In this document: piece by piece, positions 21,706 through 30,181 of the stretch
How positions within the stretch are numbered: position 1 is the stretch's first letter
Layout: each line of letters starts with the position of its first letter
DNA from: Planctomycetota bacterium
GTDB lineage: Bacteria; Planctomycetota; JAJSAM01; JAJVHW01
Reading direction: 5' to 3'
DNA: 64,000 nucleotides
NCBI GenBank assembly: GCA_021414065.1
Contig: JAIOPE010000004.1
Location: 38,636-102,635 of the forward strand
The notes under the pieces: generated by a model
What the model was told of the DNA's origin: nothing
Seen by the model: only the letters and a program-made list of their open reading frames with translations
Databases searched by the model: none
Made by a program: the position numbers and the translations under genes

Positions 21706-22824
21706 TTGAAGACGATGCCCCGCGTGCGGCCCTGCGGCCGCTCTCTGAACCTGCACAGCTCGGGCTTCTCGTTGCTCGAGCTGATGGTCACGATGGGACT
21801 CGCGACGCTCCTGCTCGCCATGGGGGCAGGCGTGTACGTCAAGATGGGGCGACGGACGGCCGCCGTCCAGGCGATGGCGTCGGTGAACCAGCTCGTGACG
21901 CAAGCACGGAACGCATCCACTCGCTTCCCCGCGACCATCGTCGCCGACGCGAAGGAGATGGAGATCCGGGCCTACACCGACGAGGTGGTCCAGGAACTCC
22001 ACTTCGAGACCAGGATCACTGAGAACGGCGACTACGTACCCCAGGGCATCGAAGGGCGAGACTGCAGCTTCGTCGGCTCGCACGTCGAGCCCACGGCCGG
22101 CAGACTCGGCGGCGCTCTGAAGGTCGAGGGCGGCAGCGTCACCTGCGGGACCTTCGCGGCGTACGACGTGGACCAGGGGATCAACGCAGAGGTCTGGATC
22201 AAGCCGGTCTCTGCCCCGAAGTGCGACCTCGTCACGAAGGGGCGCACGTTCAAGGTCAAGCTGGACTCGTTCCCCAATCGGTCGGCGCGGGTCACGGTCA
22301 CCATCCAGCTCCAGGATGACGCAGGCGCGCAGGACGCCGTCTCTCGCACCGTGGACCTCCCAGCCGTGCGCCTGAACGAGTGGCTGGGTTTCCGCATCAG
22401 CTACGACCGCTCCGAGCTCGTCACGTCCACGAATGACGGCGGGTACGGGTGGGTCTCTCGGGACCGATGGAAGGAGAGCCGCCGGCTTGCCGTCGATCCG
22501 GACGCTCCGCTCGTCATCGCCGCCGGACTGCAGGGCTGGCTGGACGATGTTCGGATCGGCGGCATCCGCGCCGCGGAGCCGCTCCGGCTCCCGGCGGGTG
22601 TCGAACTCGTGGGACTCAACCCGCCGATCCGGTTCGTGGATGGGCGCCTGGACCCCGCGGTCCACTCGGGTCCGGCGAGGCTCGCGATCAACTCCGAAGG
22701 CAAGACGTCGGTGTTTGAGATTGGCCAGAGCGGGGCCGTGCTCTCGATCCACGACGGCGAGGCCGTCACCACGCCCAATCTGGGGCCGAAGCCGGTCCCG
22801 GTTCCCGTCCCGAAGAAGGAGTGA
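21706..22824 (+). CDS. prepilin-type minor pseudopilin with a LamG/ConA-like domain
   Basis: TTG start lies 5 nt after GAGGAGG. The N-terminus is ...SSGFSLLELMVTMGLATLLLAMG. The body has LamG-like hallmarks, ending in GLQGWLDDVRIGG. Confidence 0.75.
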   Translation: MKTMPRVRPCGRSLNLHSSGFSLLELMVTMGLATLLLAMGAGVYVKMGRRTAAVQAMASVNQLVTQARNASTRFPATIVADAKEMEIRAYTDEVVQELHFETRITENGDYVPQGIEGRDCSFVGSHVEPTAGRLGGALKVEGGSVTCGTFAAYDVDQGINAEVWIKPVSAPKCDLVTKGRTFKVKLDSFPNRSARVTVTIQLQDDAGAQDAVSRTVDLPAVRLNEWLGFRISYDRSELVTSTNDGGYGWVSRDRWKESRRLAVDPDAPLVIAAGLQGWLDDVRIGGIRAAEPLRLPAGVELVGLNPPIRFVDGRLDPAVHSGPARLAINSEGKTSVFEIGQSGAVLSIHDGEAVTTPNLGPKPVPVPVPKKE

Positions 22825-22933
22825 CACTCCCCGCTGGCCCGGGGTTTGTGCGTGCGGTTCGGCCTAGTTCAACCGCTCGCTGCAACCGCCTCTCGCGGTT
22901 CGTGGCGGCCCCGGTTGCTCAGGGAGCTCGAAC

Positions 22934-25900
22934 GTGCTGACTTCGGACGGAGCAATTGCCGCAGGCAAGACTCTGAACGAGATCGTGACCAAGACGGTGA
23001 CCAAGATGATGATAACTAAGTATCCGATCGGTGGTAACCAAGTGATCACTCCTCCGTCGCATTCGGCTGCGCGCGCTTCGAGATCCCGCCGGCACTCCGG
23101 GCGGCGCCCGTTCGGGCGCATCTCGCGCGGGGTCGCGCTCGTCTCGGTCGTCTCGGTGCTCGTGCTGCTGATGATCGTTGCCACGCCCTTCCTGCTGTCG
23201 ATGCGCGACAGCGCGAAGCGTGGCGAGAAGTTCCTCTCGAACGAGCGTGCCGACGCCGAGGCCGAGAGTCTCTTTGAGCGCGTGCGGTCGGTACTCACCT
23301 CCGGCTTGCAGCACATCGAACGGCGCAAGCTCGACGCTGGTGCGGCAGCCTCTGGTGGGAGTCGCCCAGCGAACGACGCGACCCCCACGAGCGACACGCC
23401 CGCAGAGTTCCAGCTCCCCGCGGAGATGCTCGCCGAGTTCAACCAGATGTCCGGGAAGGAGCACCGGGTCTGGAGCGTCGAGATCGTCGATGCGCAGTCG
23501 AAGTTCAACCTGAACACCTGCAGCGTCGGCGTTCTCGCGAACCTCCTCGGGCACGGCGAGCTCGGAGATGACATCACCTCGGGAGACGACCGCATCTCCG
23601 TGGGTGCGGGGCTTCCGCTGCCGGAGAAGGACGGAGTCGTTCGCATCGGCTCGGAAGTGATCAAGTACGAGACGTACGACAAGGGCGGCGTGCTGCTCGG
23701 GTGCAAGCGCGGTTTCGCGGCCGACAAGGGCGGAAACAGCGGCGCGGCCGACCACAAGAAGGGTTCGTCGATCATTGCGGAGGCTGCGTTCCAGCTCGCC
23801 GTCCGCCCCTTCCAGGCGCGACCGGGCTCGTGGGTCCGCTACACGAACGTGTACGAGGCCCGCTCGATCTCCGACATGGGAGTCACGACGCTTCGAGCCG
23901 AGGACTTCGATCGCGTCCGTCGCTATCTCACCGCTTGGAGCGGCAACGTCGTCGGTGACGGGTGGTCGAACCCCCAGCTCGTCCGAAACGCGATCTCCGC
24001 CGGTTCGCAGGACCTGTACGCCCAGATCAAGAACGTGCGTTACTTCGGCCCGGGCACGATCGTCCGGATCACCGACGGTGTGAACAACGACTATGCGGTT
24101 GTCACCGACGTACGCGGCACGAACAGCGTGGCGCTGGTCGGGAACATCCAGCACGAGTACCAGGCCGATCAGACACGCATCTACACGCTCGCGCGGGCCG
24201 CCGTGAACGTGAACACCGCCGACGCGCAGACGCTTGCGCTCGTCTTCGAGGGACTGCAACTCGATGGCAAGGAGGCGAAGATCAGCCGGGAGCAGGCGCA
24301 GACGCTTGCGCAGTTCCTTAAGGACTGGAAGAACTCTCTCAACCCGGACGACAAAAACCCCGAGGTGGGAACGTTCCGAAGCTGGCAGGACTTCGTGAAG
24401 GCGCTCGAGGACGCCCGCGACGTGAAGAGCATCCTGAACGGCGACGACTTCGAGGCGGTCCTGCGGAACTGCCTGAATGCCGCCGACGCGCGACTCTCCT
24501 TTTCGACCGTGCCCATCTGCTTCGCGAGCTTCGACGTCTACGAAGCTCGGGTCACGGCCGCGCTCATGGGAGTGCAGGGCCAGGAGAACGCGCGCCGCGA
24601 ACTGCGTCGCGTGTTCGACGTCTCCACGGCCCGTTCCTCCACGTTCGTCATCGAGACGCAGGCGGATTTCCAGGAGCAGATCCGGATCTCGCGCGACGCG
24701 AAGTGGTTCGTCACCTACCCGACGAACGTGAACGCCTTCTACGACGGCGTGAACGAGCCGCCGTCTGAGTACCGGGCCTACGCGAACAAGAACCGGTTCC
24801 CCGACACGGACCGCGCCGCGTCGGCGGGCCACCTCCAGTTGCGAGAAGCCGCCTTCCGCCTCGCAGGTCGCACGGACCGGACGAACCACTTCGACGAGGA
24901 GGACTCCCCGGAGGGCGTGGATCTCTCCAAGCAGGCGCTTGAGATCTCCATCGACGCGCCCTACGACGCCAAGGCACGCAAGGCGGATCTGGCGAAGTTC
25001 GTGCAGGTCCCGCAGCGCTCCACCGACACCGAAGTCGGCCTGGCGCCGTTCGCGTGTTCCTTCTGGTACAAGCCCGGCTGGAGCCTCGACTCCTCGGAGC
25101 ACATCATCTTCGACTACGGTCGCGACGAGGCATTCCTCAACCGCGTCTCGCTGCGCTACGACCCGGCCCGCAATGGACTCGTGCTCGCCGTGGCAGACGC
25201 CACCCGCGAGCAGAGAGCCTGCGAGATCGAGCACCTGTTCGACAAGGACAAGGGCATCAAATGGGAGCAGGACACGTGGTATCACATCGCCTGCACCGTT
25301 TACGGGTGCTCGCCGTCGATGATGGAGTTGTTCGTCGACGGTGAGCAGGTCGGCCGCAATCCGCTGCAGACGCGTCTCTCGAACCAGGTCCAGCCCCTCG
25401 GAGACATCAACTCGCTCGAGGTGGAGGACGCATCCGGGTTCCCCGACTCCGGCGTGCTCATCGTGCGCGGAGTTGACGGCGTCGAGTTGTTCGAGTACTC
25501 GCAGCACAGCAACACCGGTTTCACGATCATCCGCCGGAAGGCGCGGACGCTGGACCACCAACTCGACCAGAACCAGGAGAAGCAGCGCGCACACGCCGCC
25601 GGTGAAGTGGTCGAACTCTACGGCTTCGCGGCGCCGCTCCTCTCCGACGTGAAGCGCGGCGGCGGCACGCTGCCGACGGCGATCGGGCCGTGGCGGGTGT
25701 TCCGCGTCCACGGCACCGACACGATCTCGTACACGCTCACCGCAGGCGGCACGTTCAACGTGACCAACGGCGTGGCGTTCAACCCGAACGCGACGTCGAG
25801 CACGCCGACGACGGTCACGCTCACCGAGTGGGTGAACGGTGACCCCACCGACACGAACACGCTCGACGATCTCGGGCCGCAGAACTCCGAGGGGATCGCG

Positions 25901-28375
25901 CTCATCGTCTCGCCGACCATCACGGTGAACGGCGTGAGCGGCAACCAGGGCGTGGTCACCACCCTCGGCGGCGTCACGAACAGCGACGTCATCGGCGGTG
26001 TGGACGTGGTGCACTACAAGGTCACGACCACCGGCAGCGGCGGACTGACCGTCGAGCTCACCAACCGCGGGCTGAACCTGAAGCACTGGCAGGCGAGCGA
26101 CTACATCCGCAACGCGGAGGGACGGTCCGGGATCGGGCGCTTCTTCCCCGGGTACGACTACGGCAATCCGGCCTCCGTGTGGCCCCCCTACACGGTCAAT
26201 GGCGTGTCGCTTCCGGACCGCGGCGTGCCGTGCGCCTTCATTCCGATCGGTGTGCTGCTCAACGGGACCGGCTCCAGCTATCTCGACCCGGCGAACCAGG
26301 AGCCTCAGCTCGGCTACACGGATGCACAGGGCAACTACGCGCCCAGTGCCGCGTTCGTTCAGGTGGACTCCGAGTGGTTCAAGTACGACGCGTTCGACAA
26401 CCAGCTCATTCCCGGGAAGACCGCCCTTTACCGCGACTTGTCGCTGTGGCTCTCTCCGCAGCCAAGCGCGACGCAGGGTGCGTCAACGCCGAGCATCCAG
26501 TCCGTGTTCCGCGCGGGCGCTACGCAGTTGGTGGGACCGATCGTTCAGAACTCCACCGGGCAGGGCGGCGGGTCCGGCGGCGCATCGACGAACACGGAGC
26601 CTTCGTTCGCCTCGGATCGAAACGTCGAGACGCGGCAGCTTGACGTGCCGAAGACGTCCGGTACGCAGCCGAACAACGAGAAGTCGCCCCCGGAAGTCGC
26701 GGGCGTGCTCGACCTGAGCATGTTGAACATCTCTCGCTCGGTGGACTACCGGAGCTGGGAGGACCGCACGAACAATCGGATCCACCGGATCGCCAACACG
26801 ATTGCGGACTCGCATGCGGCGAACGCGCCCGTGATCCCCTGCTTCGCCCTGTACTCCGGCAACGAGTGGGACGTGACCGAGATGGGACGCCGGGCCAACG
26901 GCGGGTTCAACGATCTGATCACGTTGCGCGACCAGCGCGGCTCGGACGAGCAGATCCGTCTGCAGTGGGGCTATCTCGACCGCTCGCGCACCGGGCTCGG
27001 CGCTCAGGTGCCCTCGGTGAACTGGGTCGCGCCGACGCAGCAGACGATTCAGACCTGGCAGTGGGATCGGCCGACCGACGTGAACGACATGCGCCGCTAC
27101 CCGTCGCAGGCCTTCACCCGCGCGATTAAGTTCCCGAGTGGTGAGATGCCGGACCAGATCCTGACGGCGAACGTCGAGAAAGTGCGTTTCGGCGCGCGGT
27201 ACGACAACGCGGGCGGGACCACGCCGGCGATCGTTGACGAACTGACATTCCCTCTCCTGCAGGTCCCGCCGGACGACCGCCGCGACTGGGTGTTCCTGGG
27301 CCAGGTCCCGGCGCAGATCTTCACGGCGCCGACGACGAGCACAACGACCACAACGACCGCGTTGAAGTTCGTCGGCATCGACGAGAAGACCGACTCGATC
27401 CCGATCTTCATGCCGTTCTACGACCCGAACATCCGGGGGATCGTCCAGCAGGGCCTGCCGATCCCCGCCGAGGTGTTCCGCGCAGACGGTGGGATCGTCC
27501 GGATCGACGAGGAACTCATCCTCTACTCCTCGATCGACACCGAGGCCGGCACGCTGCAGGGCTGCGTCCGTGGTCGCTTCGGCACCCCGGCCAAGTCGCA
27601 CGAGTACGGCGCGATCATCATCCCGGTCGAGACGTTCCCGACGTCGATCCTGATGGCCGGCGTGGATGAGAGTTCCGCGTCGTACGAGATCTCGGACCCG
27701 AGCGACTTCCCCGACGACGGTTGCCTGCGCATCGGCGACGGACTCGAACTGATCGGCTACACCGAGATCTCCGGGAACCAGTTGACCGGACCGCTCGGTC
27801 GCATCGACTCCAACGCCGCGGGCACGCAGGTCAAGCCGGGGCAGGAGGACAAGCGGGTCGGCGGCGCGCTCTTCCGCGGCCGCTTCGGAACGACGCCGGC
27901 CGGGTACCAGCAGGGCGACGTCGTCCTCGCCATGCCGTGGCGACACTACGACCGCTACGCGGAACGCTCCGACGATCCGGAGAACGCGTACTCGCAGTTC
28001 TCGTGGACCAAGTCGAACGCGATCTGGAAGCGGGTCACCTGGGACGAGAATCCCGTGAAGAACGTCGAGGTCATCGCGCTCGTTCGCTTCTCCGGCGGTC
28101 CGGCGTGGGACGCCGACAAGATCATCCGCGTCGGTCAGGAAGAGATCCCGAAGTCGAACCGAAACGCGTTCCTGTACGAGATCACCGACCCGAAGGCTGA
28201 GAACCTGCTCAACGTCGAAGCGGATCGGATCGAGGTGCGCCTGATGGTGCGCTTCGCGAAGGGTGCGTACGATCGCAACATGACGCCGCGGCCCAACGAG
28301 TGGAAGCAGACGCCTTGGGTACAGAAGGTCGTCGTCGAGTACGTGGCGCCGTCGTCGGTGATGTCGCAGGAGTGA
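22934..28375 (+). CDS. giant GspK-like minor pseudopilin with an internal LamG domain (start uncertain: 22934, 23006 or GTG 23042)
   Basis: 1813-aa ORF. The GspK-type N-terminus is RGVALVSVVSVLVLLMIVATPFLL (hydrophobic segment, no Glu+5). The GspK/ComEA-type helix-hairpin-helix motif AAVNVNTADAQTLALVF is at 24203-24220. A LamG-like block FACSFWYKPGW...WYHIACTV...MELFVDGEQVG lies at about 25045-25420. Frame-consistent GC3 bias runs throughout. Confidence 0.8.
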   Translation: MLTSDGAIAAGKTLNEIVTKTVTKMMITKYPIGGNQVITPPSHSAARASRSRRHSGRRPFGRISRGVALVSVVSVLVLLMIVATPFLLSMRDSAKRGEKFLSNERADAEAESLFERVRSVLTSGLQHIERRKLDAGAAASGGSRPANDATPTSDTPAEFQLPAEMLAEFNQMSGKEHRVWSVEIVDAQSKFNLNTCSVGVLANLLGHGELGDDITSGDDRISVGAGLPLPEKDGVVRIGSEVIKYETYDKGGVLLGCKRGFAADKGGNSGAADHKKGSSIIAEAAFQLAVRPFQARPGSWVRYTNVYEARSISDMGVTTLRAEDFDRVRRYLTAWSGNVVGDGWSNPQLVRNAISAGSQDLYAQIKNVRYFGPGTIVRITDGVNNDYAVVTDVRGTNSVALVGNIQHEYQADQTRIYTLARAAVNVNTADAQTLALVFEGLQLDGKEAKISREQAQTLAQFLKDWKNSLNPDDKNPEVGTFRSWQDFVKALEDARDVKSILNGDDFEAVLRNCLNAADARLSFSTVPICFASFDVYEARVTAALMGVQGQENARRELRRVFDVSTARSSTFVIETQADFQEQIRISRDAKWFVTYPTNVNAFYDGVNEPPSEYRAYANKNRFPDTDRAASAGHLQLREAAFRLAGRTDRTNHFDEEDSPEGVDLSKQALEISIDAPYDAKARKADLAKFVQVPQRSTDTEVGLAPFACSFWYKPGWSLDSSEHIIFDYGRDEAFLNRVSLRYDPARNGLVLAVADATREQRACEIEHLFDKDKGIKWEQDTWYHIACTVYGCSPSMMELFVDGEQVGRNPLQTRLSNQVQPLGDINSLEVEDASGFPDSGVLIVRGVDGVELFEYSQHSNTGFTIIRRKARTLDHQLDQNQEKQRAHAAGEVVELYGFAAPLLSDVKRGGGTLPTAIGPWRVFRVHGTDTISYTLTAGGTFNVTNGVAFNPNATSSTPTTVTLTEWVNGDPTDTNTLDDLGPQNSEGIALIVSPTITVNGVSGNQGVVTTLGGVTNSDVIGGVDVVHYKVTTTGSGGLTVELTNRGLNLKHWQASDYIRNAEGRSGIGRFFPGYDYGNPASVWPPYTVNGVSLPDRGVPCAFIPIGVLLNGTGSSYLDPANQEPQLGYTDAQGNYAPSAAFVQVDSEWFKYDAFDNQLIPGKTALYRDLSLWLSPQPSATQGASTPSIQSVFRAGATQLVGPIVQNSTGQGGGSGGASTNTEPSFASDRNVETRQLDVPKTSGTQPNNEKSPPEVAGVLDLSMLNISRSVDYRSWEDRTNNRIHRIANTIADSHAANAPVIPCFALYSGNEWDVTEMGRRANGGFNDLITLRDQRGSDEQIRLQWGYLDRSRTGLGAQVPSVNWVAPTQQTIQTWQWDRPTDVNDMRRYPSQAFTRAIKFPSGEMPDQILTANVEKVRFGARYDNAGGTTPAIVDELTFPLLQVPPDDRRDWVFLGQVPAQIFTAPTTSTTTTTTALKFVGIDEKTDSIPIFMPFYDPNIRGIVQQGLPIPAEVFRADGGIVRIDEELILYSSIDTEAGTLQGCVRGRFGTPAKSHEYGAIIIPVETFPTSILMAGVDESSASYEISDPSDFPDDGCLRIGDGLELIGYTEISGNQLTGPLGRIDSNAAGTQVKPGQEDKRVGGALFRGRFGTTPAGYQQGDVVLAMPWRHYDRYAERSDDPENAYSQFSWTKSNAIWKRVTWDENPVKNVEVIALVRFSGGPAWDADKIIRVGQEEIPKSNRNAFLYEITDPKAENLLNVEADRIEVRLMVRFAKGAYDRNMTPRPNEWKQTPWVQKVVVEYVAPSSVMSQE
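22985..23006 (+). promoter_or_regulatory. direct repeat GTGACCAAGA-N2-GTGACCAAGA inside an atypically AT-rich stretch
   Basis: GTGACCAAGA occurs at 22985-22994 and 22997-23006. It is followed by TGATGATAACTAAGTATCC. This is the most AT-rich stretch I noticed in the window and lies at the very 5' end of the giant ORF. A regulatory role is inference only. Confidence 0.25.
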
Positions 28376-29619
28376 TGACCATGGAACTCCAACAACGCTC
28401 CCGCGGACCGTCAGGCTTCTCGCTCATCGAGTTGATGGTGGCGATGGGCATCTTCTCCGTGATCGGAATCGCGATCGTCTCGCTGCTGACGCGGGCGACC
28501 GAGTTCAGTCGCGCGGGTACGTCCACGACCGAGGTGCTCGACACTCTCCAGTCGTTCACGGAGACGTTCGGCGCGGACGCCGGTGCGATCTACTCGCGGT
28601 CGGACTCGGACGACGGGGCGCCGGTCGTTCGGCTCTACTCCGACGTCGTGAAAACCGACGTGGACGGGGACCAACGCCCGGACGCTCAGGTCCGGCGGTT
28701 GATGTTCGTCCGCATGATCCCCGGCGAGGCGACCGGATCCGTGACACGTACCGCCGGGTCCAACGTCGGCGCCACTGCCGTCATGGACCAGAACCTGGAC
28801 TTGGAGAAGGCCGCAAAGGGGTCGCTCCGCCCGACCGGCGGGCTCATGGAGGTCTTCTGGACCGCGGTGCCCGAGAACAAGGACGATCTCGCGCTCCTGA
28901 CCGCCTACCGCGGCGTACTCGCGCCTCCGGGGGTTGCGGGCAAGACGTTCTTCCCGACGAAATGGGCAGCGGACCCGACGGCCCGCGGGCCGGTGGACCG
29001 TGGCCCGGTTGACCTGAAGGACGTCCAGGCCGTCGCGCGCCCGGTACTCGCCGGCATCCTGTACTTCGGCGTGGATTTCTGGTCCCGTCGCACCGAGACG
29101 TGGGATGCGACGATCGTCCCGCCGAAGGGGCCGCTCCAGGTCTGGGACTCGACGCGCGGGATCATCCCGAAGGGCAAGGGCATCGACGGTTTCTGGTTTG
29201 CCAAACCGAACGTCGTCAACGAGACGCCGACGCTGCTCGACTCCGGTGACGACACGTTCCCACGCCGGATGCGCGTCACGCTCGTCGCGGAAGAGGCGGG
29301 CCAGACCGCGCGAACCGGCCTCCTGATGTCGGAGCTCAGCGCCGACGCTGCCGTGATCGATGTGTCGGACGTGCGGTTCATCCCTGCGACCGACACGACG
29401 CAGCGTTTCGTGAAGATCGGGCCCGAGTGGATCGAGTTCGGCGGCGTCGAGGGGAACCGGATCACCGGCTGCAAGCGCGGCGTGCGCGGCACCACGGCTG
29501 TCGCCCACGAGTACGGATCACGCGTGCACTACGGCAGGACTGTGGTGCGTGAGATCGCCATCGCCACGTATCGAGACGCGTACCGGGACGAACTGCCCTC
29601 CATCAGCGGGCGGAAGTAG
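28375..29619 (+). CDS. prepilin-type minor pseudopilin (PilW/GspJ-like size)
   Basis: The ATG at 28375 overlaps the upstream stop (TGATG). The N-terminus is MTMELQQRSRGPSGFSLIELMVAMGIFSVIGIAIVSLL, a G|FSLIE prepilin motif. 414 aa. Confidence 0.8.
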   Translation: MTMELQQRSRGPSGFSLIELMVAMGIFSVIGIAIVSLLTRATEFSRAGTSTTEVLDTLQSFTETFGADAGAIYSRSDSDDGAPVVRLYSDVVKTDVDGDQRPDAQVRRLMFVRMIPGEATGSVTRTAGSNVGATAVMDQNLDLEKAAKGSLRPTGGLMEVFWTAVPENKDDLALLTAYRGVLAPPGVAGKTFFPTKWAADPTARGPVDRGPVDLKDVQAVARPVLAGILYFGVDFWSRRTETWDATIVPPKGPLQVWDSTRGIIPKGKGIDGFWFAKPNVVNETPTLLDSGDDTFPRRMRVTLVAEEAGQTARTGLLMSELSADAAVIDVSDVRFIPATDTTQRFVKIGPEWIEFGGVEGNRITGCKRGVRGTTAVAHEYGSRVHYGRTVVREIAIATYRDAYRDELPSISGRK

Positions 29620-29624
29620 GTATC

Positions 29625-30176
29625 ATGATCCCACGCATGCGTCGCGCCCGAGGGTTCACGTTGCTCGAGGTCATGATGGCCACCGCCGTCCTGGCCGTAG
29701 GCACGATCTCGGTGCTCATGGTGTTCGGCACTGCTCTCTCGTTCGCCCATCGGCGCCAGGGGCAGCAGCAGTTGACTCAGGTGCTGCAGGAGGCGAGATC
29801 CGACGCGCGTGCGCTCGTGAACTCGTACCGCCCCTCGAAGTCCGGGGCGTCGCAGTCGGGCTCCGCGGCGAAGGATCGGGCGGCCAACACGACCGGCGTC
29901 GCCTCCCCGGCGGGGCAGGACCCCGAGACGCAGCCGAAGAACAGCACCGTGTTCGCGGCCTACACCTACAAACTGCGGTTCGAGCCTGTCCGTCGCGACG
30001 TGCCCGAGTCAGGCTGGCGCACGACCGTCACGGTGAACTGGGGTGACGGGCAGGAGTACGCTGAGGCGATCGTCATCACATCCGACGTGATTCCCGACGA
30101 GGAGTTCGCCTCCTCGAAGACGTACGAAGAAGAGCGCGCCGGCATCGACGCCGCGAAGTCGCGCGAGAAGCGCTGA
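29625..30176 (+). CDS. prepilin-type minor pseudopilin (GspI/GspH-like size)
   Basis: N-terminus MIPRMRRARGFTLLEVMMATAVLAVGTISVLMVFG, a G|FTLLE prepilin motif. 183 aa. Starts 5 nt after the preceding stop. Confidence 0.8.
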   Translation: MIPRMRRARGFTLLEVMMATAVLAVGTISVLMVFGTALSFAHRRQGQQQLTQVLQEARSDARALVNSYRPSKSGASQSGSAAKDRAANTTGVASPAGQDPETQPKNSTVFAAYTYKLRFEPVRRDVPESGWRTTVTVNWGDGQEYAEAIVITSDVIPDEEFASSKTYEEERAGIDAAKSREKR

Positions 30177-30181
30177 AGGAG

